Below the pieces are notes generated by a model that had not been told where the DNA came from, ran no database searches, and worked only from the letters and a program-made list of their open reading frames with translations. A DNA stretch of 28,640 bases from a bacterium (GTDB taxonomy: Bacteria; Eisenbacteria; RBG-16-71-46): assembly GCA_043779265.1 (NCBI GenBank), contig JAYWEM010000032.1, forward strand, positions 1 to 28,640. The letters run 5' to 3'. Below are positions 9,889 to 20,473 of this stretch, piece by piece. How positions within the stretch are numbered: position 1 is the first letter of the stretch; every line of letters begins with the position of its first letter. The translations under genes were made by a program, and so were the position numbers.

Positions 9889-11955
9889 TCAGGCCTGGCG
9901 TTTCGCGCCACGGGGCGCCGATGCGCCGCCCATGCCCCAGCGGCCGAGGATCGTCTCGGCGATGAGCAGCGCCAGCGCGAGCATGACGAACAGCGGCCAC
10001 AGTTCGCGGCCGAAGCGCGCCTCACGGACCCGCTGTGCGAAGTCGGCACCGGGTCGGAGCACGCGGGCGCGGCCGGCCGGGAACGCTGCGAGCAACTCGC
10101 GCTCCTCGAAGGAGGCGAGCGCGGACTCGCGTGGATCGGGATTGACCGCGACGCTGCCGCGCAGCCTGCCACTCTCGAGGATGCGGTAGAGGCCCGGGCG
10201 CTCGAACGGCTCGGAGACGGCGCGTGTCGCGCCGCGCTCGGCCTGCAGCGAGACGGCGACCTCACGACCGTCCTCGGAGACGATGCGCCAATCGCCGGTG
10301 CTCGCGGGCGCGCGCCAGTGTTCACCCGGCATCAGCGAGGCGGCAGCGGTTCCGCGCCCGAGCACGCGCGTCGCCTGGTGCACGAGCGGCAGGAACGCGC
10401 CGCTCACCGCCAGGTCGCCGCTCGCGCCATCGAGTGGCGTGGCCAGCAACAACGAGCGCCGGCCCTCGATCAAGGCCGGACGTTCGTGGTCATGGGCCAA
10501 GAGCACGCGCGCCGACGTCTCGACACGGCGCGCACGCAGGATGCGCGCGGTCGAGAGGGCCTCGCCGGGACGGGCTGGGAATCCCTCGAGCACGGCATGG
10601 CCCGCGATGCGGCGGGTCAGGCGCCACGAACCCTGAGCCGGAGCGGACTCGATCGGGCCCAGTCGTCCCAGTCCGAGTTCGCCAAGCAATGCGTCGTTCC
10701 ACCATGCGAGGTCGGCGCGCGCACCCGGGGCGAGCAGCAGGCCGCCGCCACCTCGGTGGTAGTCGAGCACCGCCTGCGTCTCGGCCGGCCCGAGCCTCGC
10801 CAGGTCGCCGAGCACGAGGACGTCGGCGTCACGCAAGCGCTCGGCGAGGTTGCCTGCACCGGCGACGATCGCCTCGAGTCCGCTGGCGGGAGAGCCGGCC
10901 TCGAGTGCGAAACGAAGCGCCGAGGGCTCGCCGTCCTCACGCAGCAGCACGCGCAGGGCTCCCGCGCGGCCAGCGGCGAACACGCGGCGATCGTCGAGGG
11001 GCAGCACGTCGGCGGGCAGCAGCACCTCGCCGCCGGCGTCCGGCATCGCGGAGAGGGGCAGCAAGGTGGCGCCCTCGCCTGTGCCTGGGAGCGAGACGAA
11101 TCCTCGTCCGAGCGTGGCGGCCGTCTCGCCCGCGGCGGGCAGGTCGCGCACTTCGAGGGCGAAGTCGCCCGCGGGGACTCCGTCGCCGTGCGCGCTCACC
11201 GAGAGCGCGGTCGCATCGCCGCTCGGAAGCAGCCGCGCGTCCGTGACGCCCGCGTTCGCACGGCTACGGGGTGTCATCGGAACCAGGTAGATGCGCGCCT
11301 CGCTCCACGGCCCCTCGGACTCGAGCGCGGCGCCATCGGCGACTCCGCTGCGCTGGAAGTCCGAGAACCACACCAATTCCTTGTTGAGCGTGCGGGCCTC
11401 GGCGAGGGTGCGCGCCGCGAGCGCCAGGGCGGCCGCGTGGTCGGTCGTCTGCGCGCTCGGCGTGAGCGCCTGGAGCGCGGTGCGCAAACGGGCGGCATCC
11501 CCGATCGGCGCATCGCTCACCGGACGAGGCGTCCGGTCATAGGGCACGAGCAGGAGTTGGTCGGCGGGGCCGAGTGTGGCGAGAAGGTCCTCGGCGGCGC
11601 GCTTCGCCGAGGCGAGCAGCGGGCGGTTGTCCGCTGCGATCGCACTCATCGATCCGCTCACGTCGACGAGCGCGACGAGCGTCGTGGCAGCCGCCTCGCC
11701 GGCGCGACCCACGCCTCCCGGGAGCGCGGGGCGTGCCATCGCGGTGGCGATCGCGGCAACGGCGAGGGTCCGCAGCAACAGGAGCAACCACTGCTTGATC
11801 CTCAGTCGGCGGATCTCGCTCTGCTGCACCTCGCTCAGGAATTCGAGCGACGAGAACGGAACATCCTTCGGGCGGCGTTTCGTGAACAGGTGGATGAGGA
11901 TCGGGAGGGCCGCTGCCGAGAGGCCGAACAGGAACAGCGGATTCAGGAAGTTCAT
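9889..11955 (-). CDS. BatA-domain/vWA membrane protein
   Basis: N-terminal MNFLNPLFLFGLSAAALPILIHLF..FSSL.FL..LLLLLR (BatA domain), MIDAS-type LVDVSGSM, and C-terminal AVN.DPRES..ELWP..ALLIAE transmembrane tail. Confidence 0.9.
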   Translation of the reverse strand: MNFLNPLFLFGLSAAALPILIHLFTKRRPKDVPFSSLEFLSEVQQSEIRRLRIKQWLLLLLRTLAVAAIATAMARPALPGGVGRAGEAAATTLVALVDVSGSMSAIAADNRPLLASAKRAAEDLLATLGPADQLLLVPYDRTPRPVSDAPIGDAARLRTALQALTPSAQTTDHAAALALAARTLAEARTLNKELVWFSDFQRSGVADGAALESEGPWSEARIYLVPMTPRSRANAGVTDARLLPSGDATALSVSAHGDGVPAGDFALEVRDLPAAGETAATLGRGFVSLPGTGEGATLLPLSAMPDAGGEVLLPADVLPLDDRRVFAAGRAGALRVLLREDGEPSALRFALEAGSPASGLEAIVAGAGNLAERLRDADVLVLGDLARLGPAETQAVLDYHRGGGGLLLAPGARADLAWWNDALLGELGLGRLGPIESAPAQGSWRLTRRIAGHAVLEGFPARPGEALSTARILRARRVETSARVLLAHDHERPALIEGRRSLLLATPLDGASGDLAVSGAFLPLVHQATRVLGRGTAAASLMPGEHWRAPASTGDWRIVSEDGREVAVSLQAERGATRAVSEPFERPGLYRILESGRLRGSVAVNPDPRESALASFEERELLAAFPAGRARVLRPGADFAQRVREARFGRELWPLFVMLALALLIAETILGRWGMGGASAPRGAKRQA

Positions 11956-12584
11956 CGCACGACCTCGGTCCAGGCAGCGAGCGCCTCATCCCACACTTCG
12001 ATCCGTGTGACGGGGTGGATCTCCCAGCCGCTCACGCGCGGCGCGGCGTTCTCGAGCGACCATCGGCTCGGCTGGCGGTCATAGGGGCCGTCGTAGAGCA
12101 ACCAGCCCGTCAGTCGAACACGCTTGGGTCCGGACTCCCATGGGGCCGGTCCGCCATGGTTGGGACGGAATCGCTCGCGGAGGGCCTCGTGCTGCCACGA
12201 GGTCGAACCGTGTCGCCACGATGGCGAGATCTCGGCCGTGACATAGAGGGTGTCGGCCCCGCCGGGCGCGCGCTGCGTGGGTGCCAACTCCAGGTGCAGG
12301 TCGCCGTCGCCAGCGAGCAGCATGCGCTGCACGTAGCCTTCCATCAGGACGCCGCGCGCTTCGATCGCGGCGACCTCGGCGAGCGGCCGGCCGTGCGGCA
12401 GTTGCTGGATGTCGGCGATCGTGACCGCCGTCACCTCACTCGGGACTCCCGTGCGCGACTTCTGCTTTCGCAGATGCCGACCATCCTCGGGCGATCCCGG
12501 CGCCATGCCGAGCACGGTGAGCCCGGTGATCAACACGACGGTGCCCGCGGTGAACGCCAGCGCCGCGAGCGGACGCAGGGTCAC
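11952..12584 (-). CDS. Hypothetical membrane-anchored/exported protein (DGDxH...WEIHPV type, possibly OB-fold)
   Basis: GTG 12584 overlaps the DUF58 stop and its own stop overlaps the BatA ATG. N-terminal hydrophobic stretch, then motifs DGDLHLEL, VTAEI, VRLTGWLLYD and WEIHPV. Confidence 0.75.
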   Translation of the reverse strand: MTLRPLAALAFTAGTVVLITGLTVLGMAPGSPEDGRHLRKQKSRTGVPSEVTAVTIADIQQLPHGRPLAEVAAIEARGVLMEGYVQRMLLAGDGDLHLELAPTQRAPGGADTLYVTAEISPSWRHGSTSWQHEALRERFRPNHGGPAPWESGPKRVRLTGWLLYDGPYDRQPSRWSLENAAPRVSGWEIHPVTRIEVWDEALAAWTEVVR

Positions 12585-13540
12585 ACCAGCCTCGCGCGCT
12601 TCTCGAGGTAGGACAGGAGCGCGCGGTCGAACGGCGTGCGCGTGTCGAGCGGCACATAGTCGATGCGCTGCTCGCGGCAGCTGCGGGCGTATCGGTCCCG
12701 CCACTCCTCGAGCATCTCTCGATAGCGCCCGGCGATCTCCCAGGGCTCCGTCGTCATGCGCTCGCCGCTCTCCATGTCCACGAACGTCGCGGTGTCGGTG
12801 TACGGGAACTCGACCTCGTCGGGGTCGAGCACGTGGAACACGATCACCTCGTGGTTGCGATGCCGGAAGTGCTGCAGGCCGGACAGGACTTCGGCCGGCT
12901 TATCCATCAGATCGGAGATCAACACGATGAGGCCGCGCCGCTTGATGCGCTCGGCCAGTTCGTGCAGCGCCGAACCCAGGCGAGTGCGGCCCTCTGGCTC
13001 GCCCCGCGTGAGCGACTTGAGCACGACATCGAGATGCGAGCGCACCGAGCGCGGCGGTACGTACTCCTGAGCGTGCTCGGCGAACCGCATCACCCCGACG
13101 GCATCCTGCTGCCCGAGGATGAGGTAGGCGAGCGCTGCCGCGAGGGACTTGCCGTATTCGAGCTTGCTCATGGCCGCGCCCTTGGAACGAAATCCCATCG
13201 AGCCCGACTGGTCGAGCAACAAATGGGCGCGAAGGTTGGTTTCCTCGGTGTACTGCTTGATCAGCATGCGGTCGCTCTTGGCGAGCACCTTCCAGTCGAG
13301 GTTCTTGAGCGGATCGCCCGGCATGTACGGGCGATGCTCGGCGAATTCGACCGAGAAGCCATGGAAAGGCGAGCGATGGAGCCCTGAGATGAAGCCCTCC
13401 ACCACGAGCCGCGCACGCACGTCGAGGTGCCCGAGCCGTGCGACGACTTCGGGGTCGAGATAGCGGCGCGAGGCATCCGAGGCACGCGTGCCGCCGCGCT
13501 CGGACCGGGCGCCGCCGGACGTGCTTCCGTTGGTGCTCAC
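12581..13540 (-). CDS. DUF58 (vWA-like) MoxR-associated protein
   Basis: GLHRSPFHGFSVEFAEHRPY.PGD, DWKV, EETNL, LDQSGSM and LISD motifs. Start GTG 13540 follows GAGGA. Confidence 0.93.
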   Translation of the reverse strand: MSTNGSTSGGARSERGGTRASDASRRYLDPEVVARLGHLDVRARLVVEGFISGLHRSPFHGFSVEFAEHRPYMPGDPLKNLDWKVLAKSDRMLIKQYTEETNLRAHLLLDQSGSMGFRSKGAAMSKLEYGKSLAAALAYLILGQQDAVGVMRFAEHAQEYVPPRSVRSHLDVVLKSLTRGEPEGRTRLGSALHELAERIKRRGLIVLISDLMDKPAEVLSGLQHFRHRNHEVIVFHVLDPDEVEFPYTDTATFVDMESGERMTTEPWEIAGRYREMLEEWRDRYARSCREQRIDYVPLDTRTPFDRALLSYLEKRARLV

Positions 13541-13550
13541 GCCCCGGTCC

Positions 13551-14936
13551 TCAGACCCGCTGCCGTGAGCGCCACAGCCAGTAGGCGGGGAATCCCGTGG
13601 CGGCGATGAGCACGCCCGCCATCGCGCGCGGGATCGTGATGCCCAGGCTCTGCAGTCCTGCGAACGGTGCACTCGCCGAGAAGTCGCTCCAGATGATGAC
13701 GCCCGTCACGAGCAGGAAAAGGATCGGCGTCAGCGGGTAGAGCGGCGTGCGATAGCTGGGGCGCGCCACCTCGCCGCGCGCTTCGCGGCCGCGCTGCACG
13801 AAGATCGTCGCCGTGGTGATGGCGTAGAACAGCCACGAGGTCGTGACGAACCAACCCGAGACGTCCTCGAATCCGTTGGCGAAGTAGAGCCACAGACAGG
13901 CGAGCACGGCCTGGACCCACAGTGCCAGGGTCGGCGTCTCGCGCTTGGGGTCGATGCCGGCCAGCGGCTTCCACAGCATGCCGTCGGCGGCCATCGCCTG
14001 GGTGACGCGCGGGCCGGTCAGGATGGCGCCATTGGTGGTGCCGAACGTGGAGACCGCGACCAGCACGGCGAGCGCACGCGCACCCCAATCGCCCAGCAAC
14101 CGATGCACGGTCTCCGAACCGACCGCCTCGTAGCTCGCCACCTCATCCGGGGTCAGCACCTTGTAGTAGGCGAGGTTCACGAGCACGTACACGAAGATGA
14201 CCAGCGCCGTGCCGCCGAGGATGGCGATCGGCATCGTACGCTGCGGGTTCTTGACCTCGCCGGCCACGTAGGTCGAATCGGTCCAGCCGTCGTAGGCGAA
14301 CAGGATCCCGATCATCGCGAGCGAGAACGCCAGCATCATGGACTTCTCGGGCGAGCCCGCGCTCTGCATCTCGACGAGCCCCGGCGCATGGACGCTCGGC
14401 ATGGTGAACGCGAGGACGCACAGGATGAAGATGCCGATCAGCTTGGCGGTGGTGAACAGGGACTGCGTGCGCGTGCCCTCTTTGACGCCGAGCCAGTTGA
14501 CGAACGTGAGCAGCACGATCGCGCCGGCGCCGACCATGAACTCGGTGGATTTCGGCAGCCCGGCGACCTCGCAGAAATAGAGCGCGAACACGCTGACGAT
14601 CGAGGCGATCACGGTGGGCTTGATCACCCACAGATTCGCCCAGCCGAACGTGAACCCCCACGGCTTGCCGAATCCCTCGCGGATGAACACGTAGAGGCCG
14701 CCGGTGCGCGGATGGGTCACCGCGAGCTCCGTCAGAACGAGCGAGCCCGCCATGCTCAGCATGCCGCCCATGACCCACGCGGCAACGACCAGCCACATCG
14801 TCGGCAGTTCCTGTGCGACGGAATAGGGCGAGCGGAAGATGCCCGAGCCGATGATGTTGCCCACCGTGATCGCGGTTGCGGCGTAGAGACCGATCTTGCG
14901 GGCGAGATCCGGCGCGGAAACCGGGTGGGTGGCCAC
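13551..14936 (-). CDS. APC-family amino acid permease
   Basis: 461 aa with about 12 hydrophobic segments. Motifs GNIIGSGIF, P..GG.YVF, FAYDGW and AGEVKNP. GAGGAG SD before GTG. Confidence 0.93.
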   Translation of the reverse strand: MATHPVSAPDLARKIGLYAATAITVGNIIGSGIFRSPYSVAQELPTMWLVVAAWVMGGMLSMAGSLVLTELAVTHPRTGGLYVFIREGFGKPWGFTFGWANLWVIKPTVIASIVSVFALYFCEVAGLPKSTEFMVGAGAIVLLTFVNWLGVKEGTRTQSLFTTAKLIGIFILCVLAFTMPSVHAPGLVEMQSAGSPEKSMMLAFSLAMIGILFAYDGWTDSTYVAGEVKNPQRTMPIAILGGTALVIFVYVLVNLAYYKVLTPDEVASYEAVGSETVHRLLGDWGARALAVLVAVSTFGTTNGAILTGPRVTQAMAADGMLWKPLAGIDPKRETPTLALWVQAVLACLWLYFANGFEDVSGWFVTTSWLFYAITTATIFVQRGREARGEVARPSYRTPLYPLTPILFLLVTGVIIWSDFSASAPFAGLQSLGITIPRAMAGVLIAATGFPAYWLWRSRQRV

Positions 14937-14970
14937 GGGGCTCTCCTCTCGTGAACGGCGTTGCGCGGAG

Positions 14971-15966
<996 letters not shown>

Positions 15967-16134
15967 GAGGGCCTCGGGGTCATGACGGTGGGGTGAGCCA
16001 ATCGCGCTGGGGCCGAAGCGGCGCTCCCATGGATGGCCGAGCAAGGCCGCGAAGCGTAACGGAGTCGCGGCGCAGGCGTCCAAGCCGGCCGTCCTGCGCG
16101 GCTTGTCATCGGACGGGCGCGGGCGCTGCGGGGC

Positions 16135-19056
16135 TCAGGGCAGTCGGACGAGCCTCGCGACGGCGAGTCGCCCATCCTCGTGGCGCAGGCGCACGAAGTA
16201 GATCCCCGCGCGGCTGCGCTCCCCGTCGGAAGCCCGGCCATCCCAGCGCAACGCGTGCGTGCCCGCTTCGAACCGGCCATCGGCGATCCGGCGGATACGG
16301 CGTCCCTGAAGGTCGAGCACCTCGAGCGTGACCTGCGCCGCCGCCGGCAGGGCGAACGACAGCAGGGTCGAGCCCACGCCCGGGTTCGGCCGCGGCGGAT
16401 GCAGGGCGAACGCGAGCGCCGGCCCCGTTCCGACCGAGGTGACACAGGGCGCTGTGCAGCCGGCCGAGGCCACCGGATCGCCGGGACGAACGTGCACCCA
16501 GCGCGCCATCGAAGGGACGCCGGAGGAGTCGACCGCGAACAGCATGTAGTCCCCGGGCGGCGCCCAGTTGGCGTTCTTGGGCGAGCGCACCGTGAACCAC
16601 GTGCCCGATGCGTCGCGCTCGAACGTGAGCGGGACGAAGCGCGCGTTCTGGTCGAAGGCGTGCGTCGGTGAGCCCGGGCGGATCAGCGACATCGAACGGA
16701 TCGCAGGCGCCTGGCAGGCGCACAGGAGGAACGGCTGGTCATATGAGATGGTGTCCTGCATCGACGTGATCTCGGGGCGTGGCGCCAGCGTGCCCGAGCC
16801 ATCCGAGAACAGATAGGGCGGCGAGTACACCTCGGCCGAGTCCCGCGGCGTGTTGTTGATGAAGCCGCCCCACGACAGCACGCGCGCATCCGGCATCAGG
16901 ACCGCCGTCGAGTGATAGCCGCGGATCGCGGGTGCGGTGGCGAGAGGCCCCGACCAGGCGCGCGTCTCGGGATCGAAGATCTGCGGCTGGCGTTGAGCGA
17001 GCGCGGTGTTCTTGCGCTGCGCATCGCCTCCCGTCACCAGGACGCGGCCATCGGGGAGCACGAGCGTGCTGTGGTCGATGCGCGGCATCATGCCGAGGAC
17101 CGGCTCCCAGCCTGTGGTATTGCCGAGCGAGTCGAGTTTCAGCAGTCCGGTCAGTGTCGGCTGCTGATCGCCGCCGCTCTTCATGAACAGGTCGGGGCGC
17201 AGCGCCGCGCCCGAGGCTCCGGAGAAGTAGGAGCTCACCGCCTGCCCCCAGCCCCTTGTCGGCGAGTTGGGATCGGGATCGAGGAACTTGGACGAATCCG
17301 TGATCGCGGCATAGAGCACGCGGCCCTGCGCCGTGAGCATCATGTAGGGGTAGAGCCACTGATCGTAGAGGTTCGCCCAATCGAGCCTTGTGAATCGAGA
17401 GCCCGGAGGAGCGCTCGGGTCATAGCGCTCGGGCGTCAGGACGGTGGCCGATCCGCGCGGCCAGTACGTGAGAGTCGAGCCCGCCTTCGCGCTCGGCATG
17501 GAGTCCTGGCCGAGTGCGGTCCACACTGCCGGGTAGGCGGGGTCGAGCGGCGGCCCCAGCATCCAGAGGTCCTGCAGGAGGCCGCTCGTTGCATCGCCGG
17601 CGTCGGCATCTCCGCCCCACAACAGGAAGCGATCGCTGCTCTCGTCGTAGATGAACGCGCCGCGCGTTCGTGCCGGAGGCGCGCCGGGCGAGGCGGTGTT
17701 GATCGTCCAGGCGTACGTGGTGTCGGCCGCGCTGGTGTTGCCGCGGAACAGGAACCATGTGTCCGACAACGTGCCACTCGCACCCTCACCGCCGAACACG
17801 GTCATGCGCCTCGGTTTGGTCGCGGGGTTCCGGCCACGGTGGTCCATCTGCACCATGGCTCCGGTGCGAGGCGCGGGCGTCGAGGTCGCCGGCGTGAGTT
17901 CGTTCCATCGATAGGGCGCGCGCAGCGTCATCGACCACACGCGGTTGTCGCACAGCGCCCCGAGGCTGTCGCGGCCGCCGAACACGAGCATGCGCGGGAA
18001 GCCCGCCGCGGCCCCTCCGGGAGGGCCCGGGTCGTACACGGCCGAGTGCCCGTGGCGAGGTCCTGGACCGGGATTCGCGGGCGTGACGCTCTCCCAGCGG
18101 AAGCGGTTCTGCGAGCGATTGCCCTGGATGAGACGCCACACGTCCCCCAGCGCCTGGCCGCCCGAGCCCTTGCCGCCGAACACCCACAGCGTGTCGCAGA
18201 TCGAGTCGCAGCTGGAGCGGTGGACGACGAGCCCGTGATCGGAGCGGGCGGGCGGGACGGGGGAGGTGAACGTGAGCAGCATCGCGTCCCACTGCCAGCG
18301 GATCCCGGAGGTGGCCTGTCGACGCTGCGCCAGCCAGACATCACTCAGCGCGCCGGCGGCGCCGCGGCCGCCGAACATCGTCAGGTGGCTGAAAGCGAAG
18401 TCGGCTCGCGAGCCCTCACGCGCCGGCGGCGGATTCGGGTTCGGTCGCTGCGACCAGCGCTCGGTCGGAGTCGAACGAACGGCCAACTCGCGCAACTCCT
18501 GCGTCAGGCCGGAACCGGCCTCGCCGCCGAACATCGGCAGGCTGAAATGATCGATGCCGCTCTGCACCAGCACGCTGCCGTCGGGCATGATCACCGCGTT
18601 CGAGGCGATGCGGCTCGAGAACATCTCGTCATCGGCCGCCCAACCGCGCGTCACCGGATCGGCGTAGCGCTTGGGATCGAACGTGGCCGTGAAGCCGGAG
18701 TTGAATCGGCCTGGCACCGAGCCACCGAACACGATGTAGCGTCCATCGCCGAGCACGGTGTGCGCGCCTTCGTGCAACCCGTGTGTCGCGTACGGCACGC
18801 GCACGATCGGCGAGCCGATCGGATTCGCCGGGTTGTAGAGCAGCAGCCGCGCCTGCTGGGTGTTGTCGTAGAACAGCACCACCGTGCTGTCGCCATTGCC
18901 GCGCAGCACGCCGCAATCGGTCGCCTGCTCGCCGGTGAAGAAGAGCGGCGACCAACTCCCCATCACGTTGGCCTGGGCTCGTGCCTCGCGCGCGGAACTG
19001 CCGCCGGAGACGAGGGCGAAGGCGAGGAGGCCGACGAGGTGCGGGCGCATGGGCAT
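16135..19056 (-). CDS. Secreted galactose/glyoxal-oxidase-like (AA5-like) protein with an inserted kelch propeller, DUF1929-type Ig domain and FlgD-Ig/CTD tail
   Basis: Start ATG 19056 or 19050 with a signal peptide. Motifs GSWSP, LPDGRVLVTGG, RGYHSTAVLMPD, EVYSPPYLF, THAFDQN, APPGDYMLF and GVPS. Six FGG/WGG kelch repeats. C-terminal PNP..LD.QGR..WDGR..GIYFVRL. Confidence 0.88.
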   Translation of the reverse strand: MPMRPHLVGLLAFALVSGGSSAREARAQANVMGSWSPLFFTGEQATDCGVLRGNGDSTVVLFYDNTQQARLLLYNPANPIGSPIVRVPYATHGLHEGAHTVLGDGRYIVFGGSVPGRFNSGFTATFDPKRYADPVTRGWAADDEMFSSRIASNAVIMPDGSVLVQSGIDHFSLPMFGGEAGSGLTQELRELAVRSTPTERWSQRPNPNPPPAREGSRADFAFSHLTMFGGRGAAGALSDVWLAQRRQATSGIRWQWDAMLLTFTSPVPPARSDHGLVVHRSSCDSICDTLWVFGGKGSGGQALGDVWRLIQGNRSQNRFRWESVTPANPGPGPRHGHSAVYDPGPPGGAAAGFPRMLVFGGRDSLGALCDNRVWSMTLRAPYRWNELTPATSTPAPRTGAMVQMDHRGRNPATKPRRMTVFGGEGASGTLSDTWFLFRGNTSAADTTYAWTINTASPGAPPARTRGAFIYDESSDRFLLWGGDADAGDATSGLLQDLWMLGPPLDPAYPAVWTALGQDSMPSAKAGSTLTYWPRGSATVLTPERYDPSAPPGSRFTRLDWANLYDQWLYPYMMLTAQGRVLYAAITDSSKFLDPDPNSPTRGWGQAVSSYFSGASGAALRPDLFMKSGGDQQPTLTGLLKLDSLGNTTGWEPVLGMMPRIDHSTLVLPDGRVLVTGGDAQRKNTALAQRQPQIFDPETRAWSGPLATAPAIRGYHSTAVLMPDARVLSWGGFINNTPRDSAEVYSPPYLFSDGSGTLAPRPEITSMQDTISYDQPFLLCACQAPAIRSMSLIRPGSPTHAFDQNARFVPLTFERDASGTWFTVRSPKNANWAPPGDYMLFAVDSSGVPSMARWVHVRPGDPVASAGCTAPCVTSVGTGPALAFALHPPRPNPGVGSTLLSFALPAAAQVTLEVLDLQGRRIRRIADGRFEAGTHALRWDGRASDGERSRAGIYFVRLRHEDGRLAVARLVRLP

Positions 19057-19163
19057 GAGGGGGCTCGTGGTTCGGGCGGGGTCAGGCGGTGACCGTGAAA
19101 CCGGAGCGTGTCCGAATGAGTGGAACCCGGCGGCGATGGCGACGGCAAGGGGAATCTGCCCGC

Positions 19164-20435
19164 TCAGGGCTTGCGGACGACCCTCGCCAGGCGCACTCGC
19201 GGGCCCTCGGCGGTCTTCTCGGTCCACGCCGCGTAGGCGGAGCCGCCGCCCGCCGAGGCCAGCGCGGCACTTCGCACCCCCGTTCCCAGGTGGAGCCAAG
19301 GACTGGCCGCTCCCTTGGGTCCGAGCGTCTTGAGCGCGAGCACGGGCGGGGCGCCTGCGGCCGGGGGTTTGCCCAGTACGCCGAGCAGCGTGTGTGCGCC
19401 GAGCGAGGTCAGCATCGGGCGATCGGGCTCGCGAAGACTGTCTGCGTGGGTCCTGGAGGCGCCGAACGAGAACGCACTGTCGCCCACGGCGCTCCACTCG
19501 GCGCTGTGCACGCCAGTCGTGGACTCGGCGCCGGTGAACCATGCGATCGTGCCGGCGAGCGGTCCGTTGCCCGAGACCAGTGCCGGGCCGTTCGAGGGGC
19601 ATCCGTCCAGCTTCCAGGCGTCGCGTGAGACGAGACTGTCGGCGCGGAAGCGGCGGCCACCATCGCGCGAGAGTGCCATGCGCGGGTCGCGCAGGTCGTG
19701 CGCTGCGCCTCGATAGGCGATCGCGATGTCGAGGTCGCCTCGCGCGCGCAGCGAGATCCGGCAGCACGGACACACCAACCCCGCGACGCGCGTGTCGGTG
19801 CCCCAGCGGTCGTCGGCCGTGCTCAGGTCGGCATAGATCTCGGCGGTGTGCGGCTCCTCCTCGCCCTCTCCCAGCGGATGCGAGCGGCCGTCGATCCAGG
19901 CCACGACCGCGCGACCGTCGGCGAGCCAGTCGGCTGCGGCGAAGCCGTGATACGTGGAGCGCGGGTCGCCCGCGTCGTCATTGATCGCGTGCTCGTCCCC
20001 GAACGTGCGGCCGCCATCTCGGCTGATGCGCGCCACCACATCGTCGGTGTACTCGCCCAAGTCGCGTCCCGAGGCCCACACGAGCAGGAGTTCGCCCGCA
20101 GGCCCGAACGAGGCGACCGGTCGGCTCTCGGGGTAACTCGAGACCTTGCCCGCTCTCGTGTTGGCGCGAAGCGGCGGCGAGAACGTCGCTCCCGAATCGA
20201 GCGAGACCGACAGCCACAGATCGGCGGCCCCCAGCGTGTCGCGCTTCACCCAGGTGAGCGCGACTCGGCCATGAGCATCACTGGCGACGCTGGCATCGGC
20301 GGCGTAGGTGCCGGCGAGGAATGCGGGCGTCACGTCGGTGATCGTGGCCCACTCGGCATCGGTGGCGGGAGTCGCGCAGCCGGACAGCGCGAGCGCGAGC
20401 GGAAGCAGCAGGGTCGTCGGGGAGGGTCGTCGCAT
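19164..20435 (-). CDS. BNR/Asp-box (sialidase-like fold) lipoprotein
   Basis: ATG 20435 with lipobox LSGC. Asp-boxes SLDSGATF, SRDGGRTF and SRDGGRRF, plus VCPCCR and WKLDGCP..GP motifs. Confidence 0.85.
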   Translation of the reverse strand: MRRPSPTTLLLPLALALSGCATPATDAEWATITDVTPAFLAGTYAADASVASDAHGRVALTWVKRDTLGAADLWLSVSLDSGATFSPPLRANTRAGKVSSYPESRPVASFGPAGELLLVWASGRDLGEYTDDVVARISRDGGRTFGDEHAINDDAGDPRSTYHGFAAADWLADGRAVVAWIDGRSHPLGEGEEEPHTAEIYADLSTADDRWGTDTRVAGLVCPCCRISLRARGDLDIAIAYRGAAHDLRDPRMALSRDGGRRFRADSLVSRDAWKLDGCPSNGPALVSGNGPLAGTIAWFTGAESTTGVHSAEWSAVGDSAFSFGASRTHADSLREPDRPMLTSLGAHTLLGVLGKPPAAGAPPVLALKTLGPKGAASPWLHLGTGVRSAALASAGGGSAYAAWTEKTAEGPRVRLARVVRKP

Positions 20436-20473
20436 GGCCGCAGGATGCTGCCTCGGGCGCCGCTCCGCCACTC

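Noticed and set aside
8108..10000. Apparent 564-aa and 580-aa overlapping antiparallel ORFs
   Set aside because: Each is a real gene (OmpA-C from 8945; thioredoxin from 8872) plus a stop-free shadow of the other, not true overlapping coding.
15967..16134. Structured RNA or riboswitch upstream of moxR
   Set aside because: Only short GC-rich stems, with no recognisable riboswitch or ncRNA consensus.
19057..19773. N-terminal extension making the oxidase-like ORF 1212 aa
   Set aside because: It overlaps the BNR lipoprotein gene and is low-complexity. The signal peptide begins at 19056/19050.
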